Source: Squalus acanthias
Taxonomy: Eukaryota
DNA length: 64,000 nt
NCBI GenBank assembly: GCA_030390025.1
Contig: CM059425.1
Coordinates: 163,124,001-163,188,000, forward strand
Direction: 5' to 3'
Numbering within the stretch: the first letter of the stretch is position 1; each line of letters opens with the position of its first letter. A program made the translations under genes and the position numbers. Under the pieces are notes generated by a model. It saw only the letters and a program-made list of their open reading frames with translations, searched no databases and was not told the DNA's origin. This document shows positions 12,401-24,732 of the stretch, piece by piece.

Positions 12401-15400
12401 GCGAGGTGTTCGTCGTCATCGATGACATGTTGAAGGCTGCAAAGAACATGGCGTAGTTTCTCCGCTCCGGGGAAGTACTGGACGACGTAGGGTACTCTGT
12501 TGGTTGTGTCCCGTGTTCGTCTTCTGAGGAGGTCTATGCGATTTTTCACTGTGGCCCGTCGGAACTGTCGATCAACGAGTCGAGCGTCATATCCCGTTCT
12601 TACGAGGGCGTCTTTCAGCGTCTGTAGGTGTCCATCGCGTTCCTCCTCGTCTGAGCAGATCCTGTGTATTCGCAGGGCTTGTCCATAGGGGATGGCTTCT
12701 TTAACGTGGTTAGGGTGGAAGCTGGAGAAGTGGAGCATCGTAAGGTTGTCCGTGGGCTTGCGGTAGAGTGAAGTGCTGAGGTGTCCGTCCTTGATGTTCG
12801 GGTAAGCGTTCTCCAAGGCGGCCTTCGAGACACACGACAACGCAAAATCATCGAGCAGAAACTGATAGCCAAGTTCCGCACCCATGAGGACGGCCTCAAC
12901 CGGGATCTTGGGTTCATGTCACGCTACAAGTAACCCCACCTGACGTAGAGTCATCCAGACTCGAGTCGTCGTTGGCTTGTTCACAGATGTGATTTCCAGT
13001 AAAAAAAAGTAAAAAGTTTCAAGTTTTTGGTTTTCCATACAGACTGCAGCCTCTGCCACATTAGACCCCCTGTGACCCCACCTCATTCTCTTTGTTGTAT
13101 TTTGCTATCATCTTTGATGTAATGTCTTCCTGGTTGGAGTTGATTGCCGTGATTGTCTCTCTGCCGAGGTGTGATAAAGGACAGTCAGAAAGATTAACTG
13201 TAGTCGTCTGGCATTGTTCTCTGCACAGGCATTGATCTCTGTCTATATATGCTGTGCCCATTTGTATTTCTTCACTTCACCTGACGAAGGAGCAGCCGCT
13301 CCGAAAGCTTGTGATTTCAAATAAAACTGTTGGACTATAACCTGGTGTTGTGCGACTTCTCACTTTATATTGAGTTTGAGTCTGCATGAGTTGTTGGCTT
13401 TTGCCACCTGGTGGCACCAATCAGCAGGCTAAGGTTTTGAGCCTCAAGTGTTATCAACAATGTTAGCAAAGGAACGTGAAAAAAGATAGAGGAAATGTGA
13501 TACACCAACATGTATTTATATAGCGCATTTAACGTAGTAAAACGTCCCAAGGCGCTGCGCACAGGAGTATTATAAGACAAAAAAATTTGACACCAAGCCA
13601 CATAAGGATTAATTAGGGCAGGTGACCAAAAGCTTGGTCAAAGTAGTAGGTTTTAAGGAGCATCTTAAAGGAAGAGCGGTAGCGAGGCAGAGAGGTTTAG
13701 GCAGGGAATTCCAGAGCTAGGGGCCTAGGCAACAGAAGGCACGACCACCAATGGTATCAGGGATGCTCAAGAGGGCAGAATTAGAGAAGCGCAGATATCT
13801 CGGGGGGGGGGGGGGGGGGGGGGGTGGTTGTGGGGCTGAAGGAGATTACAGAGATAGGGGGGGGGCGAGGCCATGGAGGGATTTGAAAAATGAGGATGAG
13901 AATTTTGAAATCGAGGCGCTGCTTAACCGGGAGCCAATGTAGGTCAGAGAGCACTGGGGTGATGGGTAAACGGGACTACAGGACTTGGTGCGAGTTAGGA
14001 CACGGGCAGCCAAGTTTTGGATGACCTCAAGTTTACGTAGGGTGGAATGTGGGAGGCCAGCCAGGAGTGCGTTGGAATAGTCAAGTCTAGAGGTAGCAAA
14101 GGCATGGATGAGAGTTTCAGCAGCGGATGAGCTGAGGCAAGGGCGGAGACGGGCGATGTTACGGAGGTGGAAGTAGGCGGTCTTTGTTATGCTGCGCATG
14201 TGTGGTCAGAAGCTCATTTCAGGGTCAAATACGACACCAAGGTTGCGAACAGTGTAGTTCAGCCTCAGTCAGATGCTAGGGAGAGGGATAGAGTCAGTGA
14301 CTAGGGAACGGCATTTGTGGCGGGGACCGAAAACAATGGCTTCAGTCTTCGTAATTTTAATTGGAGAAAATTTCTGCTCATCCAGAACTGTATGTCGAAC
14401 ACGCAGTCTGACAATTTAGAGACCGTGGAGGGGGTCGAGAGAAGAGCTAGTGAGGTAGAGTGATAGTAAATTTAAAAACAATTTTGTAAAATGTTGCTGC
14501 TGTACAGGTCACTTGGAGCTGTCAGTTTCCCTCCAAGCTCCCTGTCCATCCTCAGATTCCACTTTTGTTCAAGGCCTGTATCCCTGCTCAGAGTGAATGC
14601 TTGGCTTGCCTTTTTCACCAATCTCGCTGGCACCTTGCCTCCTCAATCGTGCAGGCCTCTTCCCACTCCCTCCCCCCACCTCCAAATGTGAGACTTGAGT
14701 CCGTAACCACAGAGGCGCTCTTCTGCGAACTCCCCTTCGCACCCCTCTGCTGTACTTGCGTTCGGGCTTCATGACAACAACTGTCCTCCCTCCCAAGAAT
14801 CTTTGAAGCCTTACTTTATTCTTGCCATGAGTGGAACAGGGTACCTTCAGATTGTACTCTTCCTTTTCGAGGGCAACTCAATCCCTTAAAATTTCTAATT
14901 CCTGCCAACAGGAATGTGCTCCATTCCTGAATCGACTGCCGTTCCGCCCTAATTCCTACACATATAACCTCTGTTCCCACCTCAGCATGCTCAATGAAAA
15001 CCTGGTGGTTGGGAAGGGCATGTCCATCAGCAGAGGGAAGGATAGGTCACTGGAACCTCCTCAGAGAAAATGGGCTGCCTTCCTCCCACTCCCTCTCCAC
15101 CCCCCAGCTGAGATTGTTTTCCTGCCTTTTCTACCCCCTGCCATCCATTTCCCGCCTTTTCTCCCTCCATCCATTTTAGCTATGAGGAAAGATTGGATAG
15201 GCTAAGGTTGTTTTCTGTGGAACAGAGGAGGCTGAGGGGAGAATTAATTGAGGTGTATAAAATTATGAGGGGCCCAGCTAGAGTGGATAGGAAGGACCTA
15301 TTTCCCTTAGCAGAGAGGTCAATAACCTGGGGGGCATAGATTTAAAGTAATTGGTAGAAGGATTAGAGGGTGTTGAGGCAGAAGCCCTCAACACATTTAA

Positions 15401-18400
15401 AAAGTACTTGGATGAGCACTTGAAGTGCAGTAACCTACAAGGCTACGGACCAAGAGCTGGAAAGTGGGATTAGGCTGAATAGCTCTTTTTCAGCCGGCGC
15501 AGACACAATGGGTTGAATGGCCTCTTTCTGTACCGTAAATTTCTATGATCCTCTTCACAGTCTCCCTCTCCTCCCAGCTGCCTGGTTCCAATTATGCTTC
15601 CGTCCACTAAATTGCTTGACCTCAATAATGTACTTGGTTGCATTCGCAACAAAATAGATGAATTAATAGCGCAGATAGAAATTAATAGGTTTGATCTAAT
15701 AGCCATAACGGAGACGTGGTTGCAAAGTGGCCAAGGTTGGGAACTAAATATTCCAGGATACTTAACTTTTAGAAGAGATAGGCAAAATGGAAAAGGAGGA
15801 GGGGTAGCCCTGAAAATAAAGGATGGGATAAAGACAGTAGAGAGAAAGGATCTTAGCTCCGAAAATCAAGAAGTAGAATCAGTTTGAGTGGAGCTAAGAA
15901 GCAGCAAGGGGCAGAAAACATTGGTGGGAGTTGTTTATAGGCTCCCAAACAGTAGTTGTAATGTAGGGCAGAGTATAAATCAGGAAATTAGAGGCGCATG
16001 TAACAAGGGCAATACAGTAATCATGGGGGACTTTAATCTACATATAGACTGGGCAAACCAAATTTGCAGCGATAGTGTGGAGGACGAATTCATGGAATGT
16101 ATGCAAGATAGTTTTCTAGATCAGTATGTTGAGGAACCAACTAGGGAACAGGCTATTTTAGATCTAGTATTGTGCAACGAGAAAGGGTTCATTAATAACC
16201 TTGTGGTAAAGGGGCCTTTAAGGAAGAGTGACCATAATATGATAGAATTTTATATTCAGTTTGAAAGTGATTTAGTTAAATCCAAAACTTGAGTCTTAAA
16301 TCTAAACAAAGTAAACTACATAAGTATGAGGGGCGAGTTGGCGAAGGTAGATTGGGAAACTACATTAAAAGGTATGATGGTAGAAAAACAATGGCTAGCA
16401 TTTAAAGAATTAATACATAATTTACAACAAATATACATTCCTTTAAGGCACAAAAACAGCACAGGAAAAGTGGTCCAACCGTGGCTAACAAGAGAAGTTA
16501 AAGATAGTATTAGATCAAAGGAAGAGGCTTATAATGTTGCCAAAAAGAGTAGTAAGCCTGAGGATTGGGAGGATTTTAGAATTCAGCAAAAGAGGACCCA
16601 GAAATTGATAAAGAAAGGGAAAATAGAATATAGGAGAGTAAACTAGTGAGAGAAATAAAAACAGACTGAAATTATAATGGGGTATAAGGAAATGGCAGAG
16701 AAATTAAACAAATACTTTGTGTCTGTCTTCATGGAAGAAGACGCAAAAAACTTCTCGGAAATATGGAGAACCAAGGATCTAGCGAGAATGAGGAACTAAA
16801 AGAAATTATTAGTAAAAAAATAGTACTGGAGAAATTAATGGGACTGAAAGCCAATAAATCCCCTGGAGCTGATGGCCTACATCCTAGGGTTTTAAAAGAA
16901 GTGGCTATAGAGATAATGGATGCATTGGTTATCATTTTCCAAAATTCCATAGATTCTATAATGGTTCTTGCGGATTGGAAGGTAGCAAATGTAACCCCAC
17001 TATTTAAGAAAGGAGGGAGAGTGAAAACGGGGAACTACAGACCAGTTAGCCTGACATCAGTAGTAGGGAAAATGCTAGAATCTATTATTAAGGACGTGGT
17101 AACAGGGCACTTAGAAAATAATAGGATTGGGCAGAGTCAACACGGATTTATGAAAGGGAAATCACGTTTGACGAATCTGTTAGAGTTTTTTGAAGCTGTA
17201 GCTAGCAGAATAGATAAGGGGAACCAATGGATGTGGTGTATTTGGATCTTCAGAAGGCATTCGATAAGGTGCCACACAAGAGATTATTGAACAAAATTAG
17301 GGCTCATGGGATTGGGGGTAATATACTAACATGGATTGAGGATTGGTTATCAGACAGAAAACAGAGAGTAGGAATAAACGGGTCATTTTTGGGTTGGCAG
17401 GCTGTAACTAGTGGGGTACCGCAAGGATCAATGCTTGGGCCTCAGCTATTCACAATCTACATCAATGATTTGGATGAGAGGGCCAAATGTAATATATCCA
17501 AGTTTGCTGATGATACAAAGCTGGGTGGGAATGTAAGTTGTGAGGAGGATGCAAGGACGCTTCAAGGGGATATAGACAGGTTAAGTGAGTGGGCAAGAAC
17601 ATGGCAAATGGAATATAATGTGGAGAAATGTGAAGTTATCCACTTTGGTAGCAAAAATAGAAAAGCAGAGTATTTTTTAAATGGTGAGAGATTGGGAATT
17701 GCTTGCGTTCAGAGGGACCTGGGTGTCCTTGTACACAAATCACTGAAAGTGAACATGCAGGTACAGCAAGCAATTAGGAAAGCAAATGGTATGTTGGCCT
17801 TTATTACAAAAGGATTTGAATACAAGAGTAAAGACATCTTACTGCAATTCTATAGGGCCCTGGTGAGACCACACCTGGAGTATTGTACACAGTTTTGGTC
17901 TCCTTACCCAAGGAAGGATATACTTGCCATAGAGAGAGTGCAACGAAGGTTCACCAGACTGGTTCCTGGGATGGGGGGATTGTCCTATGAGGAGAGATCG
18001 AGTAGACTAGGCCTATATTCTCTCGAGTTTAGAAGAATGAGGTGTGATCTCATTGAAACATACAAAATTCTTACAGGGCTTGACAGGGTAGATGCAAGGA
18101 GGATGTTTCTACTGGCTGGGGAGTCTAGAACCAGGGGTCACAGTCTCAGAATAAGGACTGAGATGAGGAGAAATTTCTTCAGAGGGTGGTGAATCTTTGA
18201 AATTCTCTACCCCAGAGGGTTGTGGAGGCTCAATAGTTGAATATATTCAAGACAGAGATCAATAGATTTTTGAATATTAAGGGAATCAAGGGATATGGGG
18301 ATAGTGCAGGAATGTGGAGATGAGGTAGATCAGCCATGAGCTTATTGAATGGCGGAGCAGGCTCGAAGGGCCAAATGGCCTGCTCCTGCTTCTTATGTTC

Positions 18401-21400
18401 TTGACGCCCCGTGTGCAATACCACAGGAGATCAACTGGTGGATGAGTGAAAACTGGTGTGGTACAAAACCATCGACCTGGAAGTTCCTAGGTTTGATCTC
18501 TGCGCTGAGCTACCCATTCTCAGATTGAGACAATGGATGGGGCAAAACAAATCGGGGTCCACACTATTGACTCTCATACAGTGACCTTGGCTGCAACCAC
18601 GAGTAGATGTTAGGCAAGAACAGGACTGGCCTTAGCTGTAAGACCACTCATGTTCAAACAGACTGCCAATATTCATTATCCAGATTCACAAAGGAAAGAT
18701 GGCTATGAGTGGGGTATCAAAACGCTACTGGCATCAATGGTGCAGCCTGTCCTCCTGTAGAAGAGACACAAACTGCAGAGGTGGGGAGAGGTGAGGAGGT
18801 AGAAGGAAAAGTACAATTCAGCAGTGCCCCTTTATAAAAATATGCCATTAGCAATACAAGCTTCATAACTATCATGCTTTTAATGCTTCTGGTTTGCAAA
18901 CCTTAGTAAGATTTTTCATAATTCAGATCTAGTCAATTCTCTAAATTGAAAAATGAAAAATTACAACCCACATCTTCACTACATAGAACTTTGCTTTTTA
19001 AAATCAAACTTATCATACCTAATTCTGTTAAGGAAAAAGTACCTTAGTTTTTGTTTGTAAGCATAAGGTGAGCTCAGAGTTAAATGACCTTTCTTACCTT
19101 TGTTCTGCCTGCATATAATTTTTTTGGGTATAATTAATAAGGCCTTGGAGTTCCCACGTCTCAGCCAGGTCAGGATAAGAATCGGTAAGATCTGTTGCAA
19201 TCTATCAGGCGAATGGAGGAAAAATTACTTCATCTTTCAGCAAAGATTCAAAATTCTGCTAATTATCTGTAATATAATTGGATTGTTACTGATGGAAAGA
19301 AACATCAGTAAAAACACCAAGATCTCAATTTAAATACATTATTTTACTATAATTTTGATTTTAGTGCTACAATTCTTTATCCCACTGTTTACTAGGAATA
19401 AAATGCAAGTATTTAAAACAGCAGGTTGCAGTTACATTCGCAAAATGAAATTAATGTTGACAACTGTTGGAACATTAACTTCATGCGCATTTGCATTTCA
19501 TTACTAAGCAATTTAAAGTACAAACCAACCTGAGATGCTTGTTTCACCAGACCCTTGTTCAAATAAGCTTGACCTTTCATGGCAAGTAGTACTGGTTCAT
19601 TGGTGTTAGGAAGCTGGAAAGGTAGCATCATCCACAGTATTACACAAAGTTCAGTTGATTGCTTTCTAAACTACCCATAACATATCAATTCCCACTCTGG
19701 ACAAAATAAATCCTGCTCAGTTGGTAGAAACAGAATTCACTGAATTATTTCCGAGTTCATATGAAATAGCAGAATCAACTCAAAGTGATTAGAAAACCTC
19801 CCTTAAGTACATGAACTATAAGAAAATATTGGGCCGGAAATTCGTCTGTTGTCGGGTGAGTACGCGCTGTGTACTCACCCGTAAGGCCATCTGAAGTGTC
19901 GGTTTCCTGCATGCGCGGGAAACCGGAACTTCCGTTCCCCTGAAGGGAGGGGTTCAGAAGTCGAACGCGTGCGCGGGAGAGGCTGCGCGCACGCAGCGAA
20001 CTTCGATTTTTTTTTTCCCCCGGTTTCTCCGGGAAGGTAAGTATGAAGAAGCTGCGCTTTTAAAAAGGAGGCACAAGGCCTGTTTTTAACAAGATAAGTG
20101 GTTAATTAATTACAATTTAAACATTTTTTCAAACAGGTTTATCTTTTTTAGATACTTTAAAGAAAGGTAAGTTTATTTTTAGCACCGTTACAAAGTATAA
20201 TTAATTTTTTCAAATTTAAATTTTTGTTTAAAGTAGTTAATTTATTTAACTTAGTTATTTAAAAAATGTGCTTTTAAAAAAAAAAAATTATTTGAAGTTT
20301 AAGTGTGGTTTTGGGGCCGATCTCTATTCATAGATTTGATAGGACTTCCTGTCAAATCTATGAATGAAAATGCCCTGCTAGGATTGGCTCTCCATGGCCC
20401 ACGTGATCCATGGGGACGCTTCGAACTAACTGCGCCCCTGGGATACACAAGCACTGCGCGCCGGCAGCTGGAGGAGGCCCAGGACCCGAAGTCCTCGTGG
20501 GCCCAAAGCACAACTGCAGGCACGGTAGGCAAGTACATGCGTGATGCTTGCACCCGCAGGAAGCCTGAAAGCTGAATTTCTGGCCCATTAGCAGTGAATC
20601 AGAGTTGTAGACCATAAGTGGAACATATTAGTCTAACATTAAATTCTGCCGTTTAATGCAAAGATGACCAGGATTCAGCAGCACTATGAGCACACACAGC
20701 CATGTCACCTCATCTGGTGTTCATGGCTAAGCACAAGTTATAAAAGACCAATATATTAAACCAAAACGTTAACAGAGTTTCTGAAAAGCCTAAAATTTCA
20801 ATAGTTCAAGTCTTGTTTTGACAAAAAACTGTAGAAATCCAGTTCTGCATCAAAAGATCCACTGGGTAAGTAATCTGATTCCACCCCCCCGTGCCAGTAA
20901 TCGTCTACAAAACTTATGGGTGCAATTTATATTGTCCCAAAATTTGCGATCGGAGGCTTCCTGCGGGTGGATGCCTCCGACCTGTAACAAATCTACGCAT
21001 TTACCTGGTGGCCCAGGAGCTTGCGATCTTGTGCTTCTCTGGGTACATGCGGGCAGAGGCCCACGTATCCCAGGGGCGCATGCGGTTCTCGAGCGCCCCT
21101 GGGATCACGTGGGCCAACCCAACCAATAAAAGGGAATCCCCATTCATACTTATGGGAGTTCTGTACGTACGGAACTCCCATAAGTATGAATGGGGATCAC
21201 TTAAAAAATACACGAACACATGAAATAAATTTTTAAAAGTTACATAGAAACATAGAAGATAGGAGCAGGAGTAGGCCATTCAGCCCCTCGAGCCTGCTCC
21301 GCCATTCAATGAGATCATGGCTGATCATCCAAATTCAGTACCCTGTCCCTGCCTTCTCTCCATATCCCTTGATCCGTTTAGTTTTAAGAAATATATCTAA

Positions 21401-24400
21401 TTCCTTCTTGAATATATTTAATGAATTGGCCTCTACAGCCTTCTGTGGTAGAGAATTCCACAGGTTCACCACTCTCTGGGTGAAGAAATTCCTCCTCATC
21501 TCAGTCCTAAATGGCTTACCCCTTACCCTTAGACTGTGAACCCTGGTTCTGGACTCCCCAGCCATCGAGAACATCCTTCCTGCATCTAGTCTGTCTCGTC
21601 CTGTTAGAATTTTATAAGTTTCAAGGAGATCCCCTCTTATTCTTCTAAACTCCAGTGAGTATAAGCCCAATCGACCCAATCTCTCCTCATACGCCATTCC
21701 TGCCATCCCGGGTATCAGCCTGGTGAATCTTCGCTGCACTCCCTCCATGGCAAGAACATCGTTCCTCAGATAAGGCGACCAAAACTGCACACAGTACTCA
21801 AGGTGTGGTCGCACCAAGGCCCTGTACAACTGCAGCAAGACATCCTTGTTCCTGTACTCGAACCCTTTCGCTACGAAGGCCAACATACCATTTGCCTTCT
21901 TAACCGCCTGCTGCACCTGCATGCTTACCTTCAGCGACTGGTGCACAAGGACACCCAGGTCTCGTTGCACTTCCCCTTCTCCCAATCTATTGCCATTCAG
22001 ATAATAATCTGCCTTCCTGTTTTTGACACCAAAGTGGATAACCTCGCATTTATCCACATTATAAGAACATAAGATAAGAACATAAGAAATAGGAGCAGGA
22101 GTAGGCCAATCGGCCCCTCGAGCCTGCTCCGCCATTCAATAAGATCATGGCTGATCTGATCCTAACCGCCAATCTACTATCTATCACAGAACCATCTCCT
22201 GCATCTAACAGAATTGCACACACGAAATAGGAGCAGAATCAGGCTACACAGTCCCTGGGCCTGCTCCACTACCCACAGGGCCATGACCGATCCGAACCTA
22301 GACTCATGTCCAAATTCCTGCCCGCTCCCCGTAACCCTTAATGCCCTTTACTTCTAGGAAACTGTCTATTTCTGTTTTAAATTTAATTAATGTTGTAGCT
22401 TCTACAGCTTTTTGTGGCAGCATATTCCATGGACCTACCACCCTCTGAGTGAAGTAGTTCCTCCTCATCTCAGTTTTGAAAGAGCAGCCCCTTATTCTAA
22501 GACTATGTCCCCTAGTTCTCGTCTCACCCGTCATCGGGAACATCCTCCCCGCATCCACCCGATCCAACCCCTTCACAATCTTATATGTTTCAATAAGATC
22601 GCCTCTCATTCTTCTGAACTCCAATGAGTAGAGTCCCAATCTACCCAACCTCTCCTCATATGACCACCCCCTCATCCCCGGGATTAACCGAGTGAACCTT
22701 TTTTGCACTGCCTCGAGAGCAAGGATGTCTTTCCTTAAGTAAGGACACCAAAACTGTATGCAGTATTCCAGGTGCGGTCTCACCAATACCTTGTACAACT
22801 GAAGCAATACCTCCCTATTTTTATATTCTATCCCCCTAGCAATGAAAGCCAACATTCCATTTGCCTTCTTAATCACTTGCTGCACCTGCATACTAACCTT
22901 TTGAGTTTCGTGCACCAGGACCCCCAGATCCCTTTGCACTTCAGTACTCTCCAGTTTCTTGCCATTAAGATAATAAATTGCTCTAGGATTTTTCCTGCCA
23001 AAGTGCATCACCTCACACTTTCCAGTGTTGTATTCCATCTGCCAAATCTCTGCCCACTTACTTAGCCTGTCTATGTCCCCTTGCAGGTTTTTTATGTCCT
23101 CCTCACTCACTACTTTCCCTCCCATCTTTGTATCATCTGCAAATTTTGATATGTTACACTTGGTCCCTTCCTCCAAATCGTTAATATAGATTGTGAAGAG
23201 TTGGGGACCCAGCACTGACCCCTGTGGAACACCACTAGTTACTGATTGCCAGTCTGAGAATGAACCATTTATCCCAACTCTTTGCTTTCTGTTAGATAGC
23301 CAATCCTCTATCCATGCCAGAATATTACCCCCAATCCCGTGATTTTTTACCTTAAGCAATAATCTTTTGTGTGGCACCTTGTCAAATGCCTTTTGGAAGT
23401 CTAAATACACTACGTCCACTGGTTCCCCTTTATCCACTCTATATGTTACTTCCTCAAAGAACTCCAGCAAATTTGTCAAACATGACTTCCCCTTCGTAAA
23501 ACCATGCTGACTTTGTCCTATTAAATTATGATTATCCAAATGTCCTGTTACTGTTTCCTTATATTGCATCTGCCATGCTTCTGCCCAATCACCCAACCTG
23601 TCCAAATCATACTGGAGTTTCTCAGCATCCTCCTCACGGCACACACTCCCACCCAGCTTTGTGTCGTCTGCATCTAGTCTGTCTAGTCCTGTTAGAATTT
23701 TATAAGTTAAAATTAATTAAAATGCCATTTAATTAAATATTTTAAACGAAAATATAATTTTGAAATGTTTTTAATATGTTTTAACGGGGCTAAAAATAAA
23801 CTTACCTTATTAGACAGGGTTTTTAATATATGAATGAGTGATAACATTTTATTTTTCTATTTTTTTTTTATATAAACGCTTATGCTGGTAAAAGCAGGCC
23901 TTGCGCTTGACCAGGCGTAAGAATTTCACGGGCATTCAGCAGGCGGAAGTTGGGCAAATAGCGCAACTCTCCACCCGCAGAGGCCCATCTCCCAGGGATG
24001 CGGAGGATCTGTCAAGAATTGTAAACGGGGATAAAGAACGTGTCAAGAATTGACAGATCGCAAGTTCCGGTCTTTAGCGCAAGCGCTTCACATGCCTAAA
24101 CCCGGAACTTGCGCGGCTCCTACGGGCGCGTACACACATCGTACGCACCCCGTAGGGGTTGCAATACAGCCCATTAACGTTAATAGCAAAAGCATCAGGA
24201 CTTCACATTGGAAAATAGGACTTTAATCTGTAAGAGTGTCATACCTGTTCCAAGATGCCAAAGGCTTTCTCTGCATTATTTGGATCACCAGATCTGACCA
24301 TAGCTTCTGCTTGCAAATGAAGCAACTTGTGTTTTTGCTGAATGTTACCATCATGGACACTGCTTTCCAACCATTCCAGACCTACAGGCATGAATCACAA

Positions 24401-24701
24401 CCAACAGAAACTGAAAACTCAAGGGAATTTCAGCTCCTAATTTGTCTCCAGTGAATACATGTATAAAAGTCTTAATATTGTATCAGCAAATTTGCAGCTG
24501 GAACTTGAGATCATTTTCAACTACAAACACAAGGAGTGCAATGAATTTTATTTGTCTCTGTACACACAGGTAGTGCAATGCCATGGCGCACAATATGTTG
24601 AACTACAGAATATTAGGATGTGGCTTACTGATTAGTATCACCCACTTGCATATTGGAGAGACCAGGTGCTTCCTTTTAGGCTTGGAGAGAGTGAAGAAAT
24701 T

Positions 24702-24732
<31 letters not shown>

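Larger units (their letters stand above)
11394..13366 (-). mobile_element. 5'-truncated Penelope-like element (RT C-terminus, CxxxxCxxC linker, frameshifted GIY-YIG endonuclease) with ~570-bp inverted pseudo-LTR arms
   Basis: [19 protein letters not shown]...[35 protein letters not shown]; arms 11433-12003 and 12797-13366; flanking duplication (acttt)atattga. Confidence 0.93.
20918..24172. mobile_element. Related MITE in the opposite orientation, split by nested CR1s (21243-23708)
   Basis: ggg...ccc termini; 21060-21115 is the reverse-complement homologue of 20396-20446. Confidence 0.7.

Noticed and set aside
12160..12885. 241-aa ORF as an intact PLE protein
   Set aside because: The first ~30 residues come from the inverted arm, the RT catalytic core is absent and the endonuclease is frameshifted
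14520..15170. Purine-skewed stretch with several short ORFs
   Set aside because: No recognisable domain or consistent splice signals; probably a decayed repeat I cannot classify
22304..23644. 446-aa ORF as a host gene
   Set aside because: CR1 RT; the N-terminus is a chance in-frame fusion across the nested insertion junction at 23558
24703..24729. Long poly-G run (also 13802-13824 and poly-C near 52594)
   Set aside because: Simple homopolymers with error-prone lengths; no evidence of function
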